Source of the DNA: Geopsychrobacteraceae bacterium | GTDB lineage: Bacteria > Desulfobacterota > Desulfuromonadia > Desulfuromonadales > Geopsychrobacteraceae | NCBI GenBank assembly: GCA_963662315.1 | Contig: OY759353.1 | Location: 288,001 to 352,000, forward strand | Length of the DNA stretch: 64,000 bases | Reading direction: 5' to 3' | Shown: positions 49,101 through 60,409 of the stretch, one piece after another | Layout of the letters: each line of letters starts with the position of its first letter | Position numbering within the stretch: the stretch's first letter is position 1 | Notes under the pieces: model-generated | The model's input: only the letters and a program-made list of their open reading frames with translations | What the model was told of the DNA's origin: nothing | Database searches by the model: none | Translations under genes and position numbers: made by a program

Positions 49101-49489
49101 AGAACCAGGCTGGTTGAAATGTTCTGGGGCGGAACCTTAAGGTCGTAAAGGGATAAAATATGGTTGGCTTTATCGGCAAGGATTCGACGTATAACAACAA
49201 GCTGTTCGTTTATCTGGGTGTTGTGGTTCTGTTCACTTATTGACCGTTGGTTGAAAAATGCTTTGACAATGAGATGGTTGGCTGCACTGTTCAAGTCAAT
49301 GTGAATGTGTTTAAGGTAGAGATCAATTCGATCACGATCTAAGGCGAAGGCTGTCTCAATCTGCTGCAGGCTTTTCTCTTCAATGATGCCTGTGCAGTAG
49401 TAATTCGCGCCCAGAGTAGCACTGAGCAGCAATGCCAGGACAATAGTTGCAAATGAGACAGCTCTTAAGCTATTGGGGGCTTTTTGCAT
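46178..49489 (-). CDS. Membrane multi-PAS sensor histidine kinase
   Basis: Two TM segments, several PAS domains, GIAHEINTP, NLIVNAADA, GKGSGQGL. Confidence 0.92.
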   Translation of the reverse strand: MQKAPNSLRAVSFATIVLALLLSATLGANYYCTGIIEEKSLQQIETAFALDRDRIDLYLKHIHIDLNSAANHLIVKAFFNQRSISEQNHNTQINEQLVVIRRILADKANHILSLYDLKVPPQNISTSLVLYDRQNSPLVSWPNSDFSQDKRAIKRARSTPDNSTVDQRQLYLYAPVKDNNDEPGYLVATINLDSLAKVLERPNHSPLDSRQIKPLQLLLISNTTSVKEVLPYTDLTEKTVYTLASSFKQAEVQHDDYPHRAAIFTNPLKNYPLTLIHVMDADNLLNDKAPLMHFATASLLSIIIIVTMLRLVRSTARSQALNESLQTLKENKKKLHQKNEEIRLIIDAAKLGTWVKNASTGEFIINEGWAQMLGFNKDEIIPNVESWVELVHPDDWPRVEALWATHLKGESERFRADYRLRHKQGHYIWVRDAGQVISHTADGSPREILGIHLEITALQNALRDAQEARQEADSVISSFLDSLLVVNQDLTIMRVNKETCSLLGYQDNAIIGQPVTNLFQEDAASVAKYFRFYQQPDYKQQQALRNIELTLKKHSGEQLPVSINLSALRNDHDEIIGVVAGAKDVSALKTALNEAQAHRHFVENILHIIPGGLLVIDNAGNILQHNQTFAVQLDLWSREYAMPTAELRENILSSIKDKLSLPSPVEFSIATPCGELFIALHASETELQGTIGRVLFIHDVTERHHAEAQQKLLSTVFEQTSEGILVSATNGTIEFANIAISAMSGYLTEELIGQDISIFKSGAHSADFYKNIWATLRTERVWKGSLTNRSKQGEFFEVELTISPVRDKNNKLTHYVSLWRDVRQERTLQQQLLQAQKLESIGQLAAGIAHEINTPIQYIQNNLAFFRNTYQSVEPLIVALRRWLAEQQPDEGACIRDLRDKASSIDFDFIREEVPEGLEDSLTGIEHVTRIVAAMKEFSHPGSGTKEPAQLNKLIDNALIVTRNEWKYCATVDLQLEPDLPLFLCDASAWSQVLLNLIVNAADAIKEKQSAGEMGKITITTKAISRNTLELTITDTGSGIEQANLHKIFDLFFTTKGVGKGSGQGLSIVYDIVVNKHGGTVHCDSVVDDHTTFTIRVPTGQEK

Positions 49490-49981
49490 ATTCCTCTCGC
49501 CAAATCGTTAACCTGGTCTCAGGAAATTAATCCGCTTGTCGCTATGTTCGGATTCATAAGCAAGTGCTGTGTCCAATTATCCGTGTCCAAATATATGTTG
49601 CTGACTCTGGTGTCTTGTTTTTTATTTCCGCCTGAGACCACGTAATTTTGCAAAAGGATGTCATCCGATTTGCGAGGACTGTATGGCTTTACTTTGGAAC
49701 CCCTCCGGTGGAAATTTGGGTGGAAAATTGATGCTTAACGCTATTAGGTGATATTAATTCAATCAGGGTGAGAGATCAATTGTTTTTAATGGTTATGCTT
49801 GGCGAACGTCGAAAATAACAGGTATCAGGCTTCAATTCTCAGTGATATATGGATGTTACGTTTCTTCAAAAAGCGTGCGGATCTGCTGCCATTATTGATA
49901 TATAGATACAAGCCAGGAACGGACCTGATTGTGACTCATATAAATTGTGGTAGTTTTTAATAGGAAGCGAAAGGAGACTGT

Positions 49982-50302
49982 ATGTCAGATATCATTGATT
50001 TGAATGAATATCGTAAAAAACATCAGGATCTTGCCCGTGGTGTCACCAGTGAGATTGCGGCAGATATTGAGTCTGTCCTTAGCGCGTCAACCTATGAGGT
50101 CAAAGAGAGGATCAGACGTATAGAAGATACTCACTTTAACGGTGCTGCCCCGGATTTTTCCAGTAAAGAAGCCATGTGTAAAAAGCTGACGTCTATAAGG
50201 ATTGATTATAGCGCTCTGGTCCTAGACCTGTTTAAAAAAGTGATTACCCTGGAACGGCAGATGTGCTTTTTCAAGAAAGGGTTTTTCCCACCGAAAAAAT
50301 AG
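49982..50302 (+). CDS. Hypothetical protein
   Basis: 106-aa ORF with AAGGAG RBS; IIDLNEYRKK N-terminus. Confidence 0.6.
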   Translation: MSDIIDLNEYRKKHQDLARGVTSEIAADIESVLSASTYEVKERIRRIEDTHFNGAAPDFSSKEAMCKKLTSIRIDYSALVLDLFKKVITLERQMCFFKKGFFPPKK

Positions 50303-50412
50303 TGATCTGAACTTAAAAAAAGAGTTTTAATATAGAAAAGGTGATGTGGTTCAATGATCTCGGACACCAAAGTGCGTGCTATACTATACTCTGGCACGAA
50401 AGCGAGGTGTTC

Positions 50413-51575
<1,163 letters not shown>

Positions 51576-51583
51576 CCACTACA

Positions 51584-51620
51584 AGCACTTCGCGCCGAAG
51601 CGTGAAGTGCTTTTCTTTTT
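51584..51620. terminator. Terminator hairpin at the IS3 right junction
   Basis: agcacttcgcgc-cgaa-gcgtgaagtgct-tttcttttt. Confidence 0.75.
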
Positions 51621-51683
51621 AAGAGGCGCAATCCGGAAGCATCATCAGGGTTCTGATGCTGTTTCCGGGTAATCACGACAATA

Positions 51684-53186
51684 CTACTTTGCAGCGCCGC
51701 ACAGAACTTCAACGCGACGATTAAGGGCGCGACCTTCGCTGGTTTCATTGTCAGCAACCGGCAAGTCTTCACCGAAACCGCGGATCTTCAGTTTTTTCTC
51801 CGCGATAGCAAATTGTGAAATCAGGCTGTTCCTGACCGCTGAAGCGCGTTTTTCGGAAAGTTTTTGATTGTATTCCGCTGCACCTTTACTGTCGGTGTGA
51901 CCGTAGATTAACACTTCATTGCCCGGATAGTCGTTGATGCACTGCGCGGCAGTGGCCAGCTCAGCATGGTACTCTGGAGCAACCAGGCTGCTGTTATTGT
52001 CAAATTTGATCCGCAGCGTCAGTCTGGTTGGACAGCCATCAGAGTCGATAGACACTCCGGATGGTGTGGCGGGGCATTGGTCAAGGTAGTCTGCAACGCC
52101 GTCTTTATCGGAATCAAGAGGGCAGCCGTTGCTGTCGACCGGAGCGCCTTGCGGGGTGTCCGGACATTTATCAAGGTAATCAGGCACACCGTCAGCGTCA
52201 GAGTCGAGTGGGCAGCCAACCCTATTGACAACAACTCCGGCTGGGGTTGCCGGGCATTGATCAAGGTAGTCAGCGACACCATCCTTATCCGTATCCATGG
52301 GGCAGCCTGCTGCATCGACTTTTACGTTGGCCGGTGTGTTTGGGCATTTGTCCAGATAATCCGGAACGCCATCTTGGTCGGCATCAAGTGGACACCCTTT
52401 AACATCAACTGTCACTCCTTGAGGTGTGTTGGGGCATTGATCCATGGTATTCAGGACACCGTCCTGATCACTGTCTTTGACCTCAGAAACAAAAACCTTG
52501 TGAATAAAGGCCGACATTGAGGCTTCAGTATTTAGCTCGTGGGCTGAAACAGCGAAACCACAGGCTCCAGCGGCGGCAATTTTGCTCATGGTTGTTTTGC
52601 CGCTTTTCATGATGTTGCCGACAGTAATGGTATAAATGCACAGCTTGTCGCCCATCATGCTTTTTACGCGTTGTGCCGCCGCCGGGGCCGTGTCCATATG
52701 GAGACCATCACTGACGATAATCAGTGCTGAGTTACCGGTAAGCTTTGCCAGATCTGCGCCGGCGGCCTCAATGGTCGTGGCCATCGGTGATGCGCCGCCA
52801 ACATAATGGATGGAATTCAAAGCATTATGAAAAGCCTGCATGCGATATGTGTCCATGCCATAAAGTAGCGTTGTCGGGGCCTTGCTTTGAAAACTGCTGT
52901 GACCGAGACTTCTAAGCCCAGCGGTATAATTCAGGTTGGCCGGAATCCCTTCATTGATGCGGCGGACAATATCTCTGGCCGCTAAAAAGTTTCGCGCATT
53001 TTCATCCATACTTAAAGACGTATCGATAATTATTTCAAAGTTATCGATTTTAGTTTCATAATTCGGTCCCTGGCGGGGGGACGCTTGTGCATTGAACGGC
53101 TGCATAGGGGGCTGCATAGGAGGGGCACAACCGGCAAAGATGAGTAGCAGGGGGAACAGAAGTAACGACAATCTTCTCGTGATCAT
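51684..53186 (-). CDS. OmpA-family lipoprotein with vWA-like domain and TSP3 repeats
   Basis: FAGC lipobox; DTSLSM and SDG (MIDAS-like); five DxDxDGVxDxLDxCPxTP repeats; GHTD...NQKLSEKRA...NRRVE. Confidence 0.92.
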   Translation of the reverse strand: MITRRLSLLLFPLLLIFAGCAPPMQPPMQPFNAQASPRQGPNYETKIDNFEIIIDTSLSMDENARNFLAARDIVRRINEGIPANLNYTAGLRSLGHSSFQSKAPTTLLYGMDTYRMQAFHNALNSIHYVGGASPMATTIEAAGADLAKLTGNSALIIVSDGLHMDTAPAAAQRVKSMMGDKLCIYTITVGNIMKSGKTTMSKIAAAGACGFAVSAHELNTEASMSAFIHKVFVSEVKDSDQDGVLNTMDQCPNTPQGVTVDVKGCPLDADQDGVPDYLDKCPNTPANVKVDAAGCPMDTDKDGVADYLDQCPATPAGVVVNRVGCPLDSDADGVPDYLDKCPDTPQGAPVDSNGCPLDSDKDGVADYLDQCPATPSGVSIDSDGCPTRLTLRIKFDNNSSLVAPEYHAELATAAQCINDYPGNEVLIYGHTDSKGAAEYNQKLSEKRASAVRNSLISQFAIAEKKLKIRGFGEDLPVADNETSEGRALNRRVEVLCGAAK

Positions 53187-53386
53187 TGCGTTTTCCTTTC
53201 GCATTTTCAATTTCATGTTAAAAGATAAATGCTTTCAGCGGTCAGCACTTTTCTAATGAAAGAGTATACCACCTTTCGCAAAAATCCACTGCATTGTTGA
53301 ATTTCTAAGCTTGTGCGGACTTTTTGGTAGGGTGCCTGTTTAAATTATCTTTGTGGTTAATTGAAAAATACAAAATCCAAAAGCTA

Positions 53387-53421
53387 AACAAAAACCCGTA
53401 AATAAATTACGGGTTTTTGTT
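53387..53421 (-). terminator. Intrinsic terminator after the MCP gene
   Basis: aacaaaaacccgtaa-ataaa-ttacgggtttttgtt. Confidence 0.8.
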
Positions 53422-53491
53422 GGAAGAACGCTTCAGAAGTGCATAAGCAGGTGCGGATATGGGTATTTCTATTTCGTAATAGGGGGGGGGC

Positions 53492-55558
53492 TCAGAATCC
53501 GACGACTGCTAAGTGTCGTTCCGGTTCAGGTTTAAAAGTGTCATAGCGGAGTGGTATTACCGCCATCTCCTCCTGTTGGCGCAGGGTGAACCCTCGCAGC
53601 AGCTGCCTCATCTGTTCGGCCTGGCTTGAGAGTTCTTCCGCTGCGGCAGCGCTTTCTTCCGCACTTGCTGTGTTTTGCTGAGTGACTTGATCGACCTGTC
53701 CCAGGCCAACATTGATCTGACCGATTCCCTGGGCCTGTTCGTTGGTGGCGAGAGCAATCTCTTCAATCAGTTCATTCACCCTGCTGACGTTCTCTAAAAT
53801 ATCCTCTAACGATTTTGCTGTGTTTTCAGCGATAGCGACTCCGCTCTTCGCCTGTGTCACTGACGCTTCGATTAATTCGGCCGTTTCCCCGGCAGCTTTG
53901 GCACTGCGGGCGGCAAGATTACGCACCTCTTCGGCAACTACCGCGAACCCTTTGCCGTGCTGACCGGCCCGGGCCGCTTCGACTGCGGCATTAAGAGCCA
54001 GCAAGTTGGTCTGAAAAGCGATTTCATCGATAACCTTGATGATTTTACTGATATTTTGGCTCGACGCATTAATTGCGCCCATTGCCTGAATCATGACTTC
54101 CATCTGTTTTCTTCCGGCCAGCGCAGAAGTTTTTGCCTTTCCTGAAAGCTGGCTGGCTTGATTTGAGTTTTCAGCGTTAATACTGGTCTGATTGCTCATC
54201 TCTTGGACCGAACTGGAGATCTCCTCCAGCGAACTGGCTTGTTCGGTTGCTCCCTGGGAAAGACTCTGGCTTGTATCCGCGACTTGCAAGCTGCCCGATG
54301 CAATCTGCTCGCCGGCTGTTTGCAGTTGGGCCATAATATCGTTCAGGTTCACGACCATCGTCCTGAGTGCCTGCCCTAAGACATCTTTCTCCGAGGCCAA
54401 CTTGACATCGACATTCAGATTTCCTGCCGCAATTTGCTCAGCCGCCTGCGCATTGGCAAGCAAGCTGTCCGCCATCCCGTCCAATGCCGAGGCCAGTTTG
54501 CCAATTTCATCTTTGCGCTCCAACTTCAGCCTTTGAGAAAAATCCCCTTTGGCTATTTCCCCAGCCATGGCGACTCCTTGAACGATAGGCCTGGAAATCG
54601 AGCGCACCAGAATAATTGTAACAAGAACTCCAAAGACCAATGCAATACCAGTCAGAGCCTTGACGAAAAGGGATGACTGTTTATTGTCCGCCTGCAACCG
54701 CGGGCCAAGGATATCCTGTTGCTCTTTGATGGAAAGCTTAAGGGTTTCAACTGCTTCCGCGACTCGTGGCCCGACCCTGTCCATTGTCCCGGAAATCAAC
54801 GCATTGCGCTCATTGATCGTATCAACAACCTCGTCAAAGGTTCTAAAATATTCTTCTTGTGTTTTCTGTGCTTGTTTCAGTAGCTCACGCTGTTCCCCCT
54901 CCGCGATGTATTCAGTCAGGGCTTTCAGCTGACTTAGGAAAGAGTCCTTTTCCGTTTGCACTCGCTTAGCAGCATCCGGCGCGTTGGATTCGAGAAATTT
55001 AACAACATAGATACGAGCCAGCAGTAAATTCCGCAACCCTAATCCCGTATAAAAGGCGGAGTCCATAGCGCCACTTCTTTCAGCGGAAAACAAAATCTCC
55101 GTCAGGTTTTTTTCTAACCGTGGACCTTCGATATTAAGGATATCATTAACCAGGTGATCCTTTTTTGCCATTAAGACGGTCACCTTTTGAAAGGCGCTTT
55201 CGTAGCTGTCAAGGTCTTGTGCAATCGTTTGAATTTGTGTTTTTCGACTTTGTTCTATAATTTCTTGATCGGCATTGGCCACAAGCTTTCTGGTGAAGGC
55301 AAGTCGTTCAGAAAACTCCTTTTTTTCAGCTTCAGAGCCGGAGGCAATATAGTCTTTGGCTGCCAGACGGACATGGAGCATGTTACTCTCGATACCGCCG
55401 ACATAATTCGTCTCGCGAGCCAGATTTCGGTACTCGGAAAATCCTTCAACAGACGTTGAAATACTACCGATACCAACCAAACCGACTCCTAACAGCAGGA
55501 CCAGCAACAAGCCGAAACTCAGTGTGAGTTTTTTTCCAATCGATAAATTTTTAAACAT
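53492..55558 (-). CDS. Methyl-accepting chemotaxis protein
   Basis: Two TM segments, [38 protein letters not shown]. Confidence 0.96.
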   Translation of the reverse strand: MFKNLSIGKKLTLSFGLLLVLLLGVGLVGIGSISTSVEGFSEYRNLARETNYVGGIESNMLHVRLAAKDYIASGSEAEKKEFSERLAFTRKLVANADQEIIEQSRKTQIQTIAQDLDSYESAFQKVTVLMAKKDHLVNDILNIEGPRLEKNLTEILFSAERSGAMDSAFYTGLGLRNLLLARIYVVKFLESNAPDAAKRVQTEKDSFLSQLKALTEYIAEGEQRELLKQAQKTQEEYFRTFDEVVDTINERNALISGTMDRVGPRVAEAVETLKLSIKEQQDILGPRLQADNKQSSLFVKALTGIALVFGVLVTIILVRSISRPIVQGVAMAGEIAKGDFSQRLKLERKDEIGKLASALDGMADSLLANAQAAEQIAAGNLNVDVKLASEKDVLGQALRTMVVNLNDIMAQLQTAGEQIASGSLQVADTSQSLSQGATEQASSLEEISSSVQEMSNQTSINAENSNQASQLSGKAKTSALAGRKQMEVMIQAMGAINASSQNISKIIKVIDEIAFQTNLLALNAAVEAARAGQHGKGFAVVAEEVRNLAARSAKAAGETAELIEASVTQAKSGVAIAENTAKSLEDILENVSRVNELIEEIALATNEQAQGIGQINVGLGQVDQVTQQNTASAEESAAAAEELSSQAEQMRQLLRGFTLRQQEEMAVIPLRYDTFKPEPERHLAVVGF

Positions 55559-55641
55559 CGTGACTCCTGTTATCTTTTAAATAATTCTTCCCATGTCTTG
55601 TGACGTTTTCAACCAAGTCGCTATATTTATTGAGATTTAAC

Positions 55642-55676
55642 AAAAAAGCCTCTCTTCGGATTTCGAAGAGAGGCTT
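55642..55676 (-). terminator. Riboswitch expression-platform terminator
   Basis: Minus strand aagcctctcttcg-aaatc-cgaagagaggctt-tttt, between the aptamer and the MCP start. Confidence 0.85.
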
Positions 55677-55691
55677 GGAAAAGTCTTTGTC

Positions 55692-55770
55692 ATCTTCGGC
55701 AACCCGGCTATCCCATAGGGACCCGCAGTTTTGCGTCACTGGATTGCTCCAGCTTTGCTCTTATCGGATA
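55692..55770 (-). ncRNA. GEMM-I (c-di-GMP-I class) riboswitch aptamer, A20 variant
   Basis: Minus strand cgataagAGCAAAgctggaGCAAtccagtGACGCAAAactgcgggtccctatgggatagccgggttgccgaa matches GEMM-I architecture. Confidence 0.9.
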
Positions 55771-55997
55771 ATATGAAAACATTCTAAGACTATTTGAATG
55801 CTCTTGTAAAGAATAAATATTACTGAATTGGTAATATTAATGTTTTGCTTCTAACCAAAGAAAATAATGACTCTTTTATAACGAGAGTGGATCGGTTCAG
55901 GGAACACCATTGAATAATTCGCAGGGGTGGGGTAGGGCTCTCTTCTATTCGTGAAAGATCTCTTGCGCCCATGTTGATTCCTGTGATTTTCAGAACA

Positions 55998-56185
55998 TAG
56001 CTAGTTTTCATCCGGAAACGGCCCTTTTCCGCTGTGGCTGTGTCAATCTGCGGGTTTTCTTGTGCGGCGTAAAGTACTACGCCTCCGCGCAACCCCCTGA
56101 TTTCCTTGCCACAACGAAAAATTTCTCGTTTCCAATCTTAAAACTTAGCCGTTACCCTTCGGAGTTTCCGGATGGCAACTAGCTA
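55998..56185. mobile_element. MITE-like non-autonomous element (188 bp)
   Basis: Terminal IRs tagctagttttcatccggaaac / gtttccggatggcaactagcta (20/22 match), TA at both ends, internal hairpins, no ORF. Confidence 0.75.
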
Positions 56186-56335
56186 GGAAGTGTGAAGAGA
56201 TAGAAAAATAGCCCCAAAACACACATAAAAGTAGCAAGCAAATACCATTATATGATAAAAAATATTAAATAATGTTTTCTTATTGAATTTTTCTTACCCA
56301 ATCAATAAAACTAACGGAATATGAGGAGGGGTCCT

Positions 56336-57967
56336 ATGCGAACAACAGTATATCTACTATTATTTTTGGCCGTTTTGTGTCTGCCCGGTTGTCAGGGCGG
56401 CTCAAGTTCACACAACAGTACGACCGGAAGCGATCCCGGATATGATCCCGGAACAATTGATTATGCCGCTTTAGAAGATCTCATCCTGAAAGATGATCCA
56501 GCATATGCCTACGAAGTCGGATCCGTCGCCTACTATGTTGATGCCAGCAACGGATCGGATACGAATGATGGTAGTGAAAATTACCCATTTGCCACAGTTT
56601 TGTACGCGTTAAATCAGGCTCATGGGGGGGAAGTCATATATGTTGCCGATGGTGATTACGGTGACTTGTCCTTTGGGGCCATCTATTCCAGCACCAGTGA
56701 TAAAGCAGTTCCGATCCCAGAAGTATTTACCGATTGGGTGACCCTGAAGGCTATGGATGGACAACAGCCGACTTTGGATCATGTCAAATTGGGAACTTCA
56801 ACCGATGAAGGGGGTTGGTTATCTATTCCTTTTGATCGAATATACAATAGTAACCTGCGCTTGCGTATTGATGGCTTCAGAATTACGGACACTGTCACTA
56901 TTACCGGCAGCCGTTATGTAGAAATTCGCAATTGTAAGATATCCAAAAAGGGTGATTTTTCAGCCATGACCAATGCTGAAAAACACAAATATATGGATGA
57001 AACCGGTATCAGTGTTCGCAATGGCCAGTATGTCAAATTACTCTACAACGAAGTTACTAGTACCGGTCGAGGGATTAGCGGAATGACAACTGATTTTGTT
57101 GTTAAAGGGAATCACATTCATCATATTACTCACGATGGCATACAGGTGCATGGCGGTACAAACTGGCTGATTGAAAATAACATTATCCACGACCTGGATG
57201 ACGGCGTTAGTGATACTGATGCGTTTGCTACTGAATATAACCAGCATGTTGACGGCATGCAGCTCTATTTAATTGCCAGTAGCCACCCTGAGATATATGC
57301 CAATAAACTGGAGAACTTTACCTTTCGCGGCAACTTGATCTACCATGTTGAAGCGATGGACATTATGCTGAATGATGATAGTGTCAAAGACAGTGGGTAC
57401 TATAACGTTGTCTGGGAAAACAATATCTTTGGCCCTTCTAACGGGTATTTGTTCATTATGGGGGCAGTTATTGAACGAGGACATGTCTTCCGCCATAATA
57501 CCATTTTGTATACTCCAAATGATCAATGGACCAGTCAGTGGGGGCGGGAGCTGGGAGCCAACTTTGGCTCGCCCGATAGCACCAGTTACTACGTTCAGAC
57601 ATGGTGGACCGCCAGTAACCATACTGATTATTATTTTTACAATAACATCCTAGTCAAATCACAGATTTCACCTTGGTTCAGCCTGGATAGCCACAGGCTC
57701 GCCTACAATAACATTTATTACACCGGCAATTCTGATTTGACACTGGCCGATGATGCAGGATTCACCGTATCGGACTTGCCCTATGCTCCGATTGAGACAA
57801 GCGTGTTGGACGCTATTGAAAGCGGTATTGTTCCTGGAGCTTTAGTTACAGACAGCCCGGCTATTGATGCTGGCGATATGGTTATTCCCGGACTTATTTC
57901 TTACAACCGAGATTTTTTAGGACAAAAGCGGGATGAATTTCCCGATGTCGGGGCGATAGAAGAATAA
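56336..57967 (+). CDS. Lipoprotein with right-handed parallel beta-helix (pectin-lyase-like fold)
   Basis: LPGC lipobox; YYVDASNGSDTNDGSENYPFAT; repeated xxxNxIH turns; HVDGMQ; C-terminal SPAIDAG...PDVGAIE. Confidence 0.8.
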   Translation: MRTTVYLLLFLAVLCLPGCQGGSSSHNSTTGSDPGYDPGTIDYAALEDLILKDDPAYAYEVGSVAYYVDASNGSDTNDGSENYPFATVLYALNQAHGGEVIYVADGDYGDLSFGAIYSSTSDKAVPIPEVFTDWVTLKAMDGQQPTLDHVKLGTSTDEGGWLSIPFDRIYNSNLRLRIDGFRITDTVTITGSRYVEIRNCKISKKGDFSAMTNAEKHKYMDETGISVRNGQYVKLLYNEVTSTGRGISGMTTDFVVKGNHIHHITHDGIQVHGGTNWLIENNIIHDLDDGVSDTDAFATEYNQHVDGMQLYLIASSHPEIYANKLENFTFRGNLIYHVEAMDIMLNDDSVKDSGYYNVVWENNIFGPSNGYLFIMGAVIERGHVFRHNTILYTPNDQWTSQWGRELGANFGSPDSTSYYVQTWWTASNHTDYYFYNNILVKSQISPWFSLDSHRLAYNNIYYTGNSDLTLADDAGFTVSDLPYAPIETSVLDAIESGIVPGALVTDSPAIDAGDMVIPGLISYNRDFLGQKRDEFPDVGAIEE

Positions 57968-58259
57968 GTCACTCTGCAATGAACCCCAACGCTCAACATG
58001 TCAACCGTCGCCTTGCCCCCTCCATAGTTCTTCCTGCTTGGCAGAAGGAGGTGAGCTGATATCAGTAATGAATGTCTATTATAAATTGAGTCATTTCAGA
58101 ATCTCCGGTAAAACCAATTTGAAAAGGAGATTTGCGGTAGAGATCCGAAACACTTCTATTGCCAGGGCAAGTGATAGTCATGGATATCAATGGGTTTCTC
58201 TTTATCGATTACGGAAAGAGGACTGATGTTTTCTTTATTGAAAAAAAGGGGGAAATTAT

Positions 58260-59840
58260 ATGGTAACTGCCAATATAAAAACACCTGGAGTGTATATCGC
58301 TGAAATCAATGCATTCCCTAATTCGGTAGTACCTATAGCCACTGCTGTGCCGGCTTTTATCGGTTATACGCCAACAGCCGAATACCAAGGAAAATCTTAT
58401 TATAATCGGCCTCAAAAAATCACTTCCTTTGCCGAATTTCAGGCGATCTATATGAAAGCCAATCCGGCTCCGCCGGCTGATCCTGCTGTACAATACAGTC
58501 CTGAGTATTATCTTGTCGAGCAAAAGGAACAACCTGACAATGGTAATTATCTGCTTATCGGAGGGAGCTATTATTCCATTGTGCCCGATCCCAATACGAT
58601 CTATTACCTGTACAACAGTATCCGGCTTTTTTACCAGAATGGAGGAGGGGACTGTTATATCGTTTCTGTTGGGACCTATGGTGCGGCAAGCGGCAAACCG
58701 GGGGATGTGGGTTCCCAGATTGTAAACCCGAATGTCAAATTGGCGGATTTGAAAAGTGGACTGGAATTATTGAAGAATGAACAGGAACCGACGATGTATA
58801 TCTGCCCTGAGGCGACATTGCTTTCTGTTGATGATAATGCGACCTTGATGCAGTCCATGCTGCTTCAGGCAGAAGAAATGCAGACCGCGATGTGTTTGTT
58901 TGACATTATCGGGGGAAATGCACCTGATCCGATTATGTATCCCGACGACATTGAAGCTTTCCGAACTGGTACCGGCAGTAACGGACTGAAATTCGGAGCC
59001 GCTTATTATCCCTTTATCGGGACAACCATTATGCAGGGTTCGGATATTAATTTTACCAATCTTTTTGGAGGCGATACCAAACAATTGGGTACTTTGCTGA
59101 ATCCGGCGGCCGCTCCCAATGCGGTGGCTGAAAAGATTCTGAGCCTTATAGAGAGTCCGCCTGCCAATCCAATGACCAATTCGCAGCTTAACTCAGCTCT
59201 TCTCAACGCCTCAAAAACCTACAGCCAGATTGTCAGGCATGTGTTGGCTGATGTCAATATTCTGCCTCCCAGCGGCGGTATGGCTGGTGTTTATACGGTA
59301 AATGATAATGAAAATGGAGTTTGGCATGCTCCGGCCAATACAAGTATTGTCGGTGCGGCTCACCTGCCTATCCGCCTGACAGACTCACAGCAGGAGAATC
59401 TCAATGTGGATGCTGTTTCCGGAAAGTCGGTTAATGCCATTCGTTTTTTCAACGGTCAGGGAATCCTTGTCTGGGGAGCCAGAACCCTGGATGGAAATAG
59501 TCAGGATTGGCGTTACATTGCGGTACGCCGTACTATGACCTTTCTTGAACAGTCTATAAAGCTGGCAGCAAGGGCTTATGTCTTTGAGCCCAACACGACC
59601 AATACATGGGCTGCCATCAAGAGTTCCATCAGCAGTTTTTTAACCGATGTATGGAAGGAAGGCGGGCTGCAAGGGGCTAACGCCTCGGAAGCGTTTCAGG
59701 TTGAATGTGGCCTTGGTTCCACCATGACCGCTGAAGATATTCTCAATGGATTTCTGAAAGTAACCGTTTTGGTGGCTGTTGTGCGTCCGGCGGAGTTTAT
59801 TGTCATTAGTTTTGAGCAGGAAATGGCGAAATCCGGCTGA
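58260..59840 (+). CDS. Contractile tail sheath protein (eCIS/Afp-like)
   Basis: KTPGVYIAE, TAVPAFIGYT, FYQNGGG, PPSGGMAG, GVWHAPAN, WGARTL, YIAVRRT, FEPN, RPAEFI. Confidence 0.93.
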   Translation: MVTANIKTPGVYIAEINAFPNSVVPIATAVPAFIGYTPTAEYQGKSYYNRPQKITSFAEFQAIYMKANPAPPADPAVQYSPEYYLVEQKEQPDNGNYLLIGGSYYSIVPDPNTIYYLYNSIRLFYQNGGGDCYIVSVGTYGAASGKPGDVGSQIVNPNVKLADLKSGLELLKNEQEPTMYICPEATLLSVDDNATLMQSMLLQAEEMQTAMCLFDIIGGNAPDPIMYPDDIEAFRTGTGSNGLKFGAAYYPFIGTTIMQGSDINFTNLFGGDTKQLGTLLNPAAAPNAVAEKILSLIESPPANPMTNSQLNSALLNASKTYSQIVRHVLADVNILPPSGGMAGVYTVNDNENGVWHAPANTSIVGAAHLPIRLTDSQQENLNVDAVSGKSVNAIRFFNGQGILVWGARTLDGNSQDWRYIAVRRTMTFLEQSIKLAARAYVFEPNTTNTWAAIKSSISSFLTDVWKEGGLQGANASEAFQVECGLGSTMTAEDILNGFLKVTVLVAVVRPAEFIVISFEQEMAKSG

Positions 59841-59933
59841 TTCGTTTTTTATGCGGCTTTTTCGGAGAACTCAACAGGATTCAGGGCAATGGCGCTGAGT
59901 ATAAAGTAAGCAATTAATGTAAGGGGAACTATT

Positions 59934-60398
59934 ATGGCCGATGATGGCAGTGCGGAAGGGACAATATGGCCCATGCCGAAATTCCGGTTCGAAGTGGATT
60001 TGGGAGATGAACTTCAATGTGTCGCATTTCAGGAAGTTTCTGGATTGGATCAGGAAGTACAGGTTATAGAGTACCGGGCCGGTGACAGTCCTTTATTGTC
60101 TACAATCAAAATGCCGGGAATTTTGAAGTACGATAATATCACCATGAAACGAGGTGTGTTTGTCAATGATAACAACTTCTGGGAATGGATGAACGAGATC
60201 AAGATGAACATTGTCAAGCGACGGACAATGCTGATAAAACTGCTGGATGAAGCAGGGGCAGTAACCATGCAGTGGCAGCTGAATAATGCCTGGGTCACGA
60301 AAATTACAGGAATAGATCTGAAATCAGATGCGAATGAAGTAGCTGTTGATACACTGGAAATTGCTCATGAGCAACTGATTGTTTTAAATGGCTCATAG
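59934..60398 (+). CDS. Contractile tail tube protein (gp19/Afp1-like)
   Basis: PKFRFEV, FQEVSGL, EYRAG, KMPG...ITMKRG, WQLNNAW, NEVAVDTLEIAHE. Confidence 0.93.
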   Translation: MADDGSAEGTIWPMPKFRFEVDLGDELQCVAFQEVSGLDQEVQVIEYRAGDSPLLSTIKMPGILKYDNITMKRGVFVNDNNFWEWMNEIKMNIVKRRTMLIKLLDEAGAVTMQWQLNNAWVTKITGIDLKSDANEVAVDTLEIAHEQLIVLNGS

Positions 60399-60409
60399 GG
60401 AAGCCTACT

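Noticed and set aside
49558..49576. Possible sigma-54 promoter for the kinase (minus strand tggacacagcacttgc)
   Set aside because: GG-to-GC spacing is 11, not the required 10.
52030..52480. About 87-bp periodic DNA repeats in the OmpA gene
   Set aside because: Explained by ordinary TSP3 calcium-binding protein repeats.
58260..60398. Prophage
   Set aside because: No capsid, terminase, portal, integrase or lysis genes; sheath and tube are eCIS-like.
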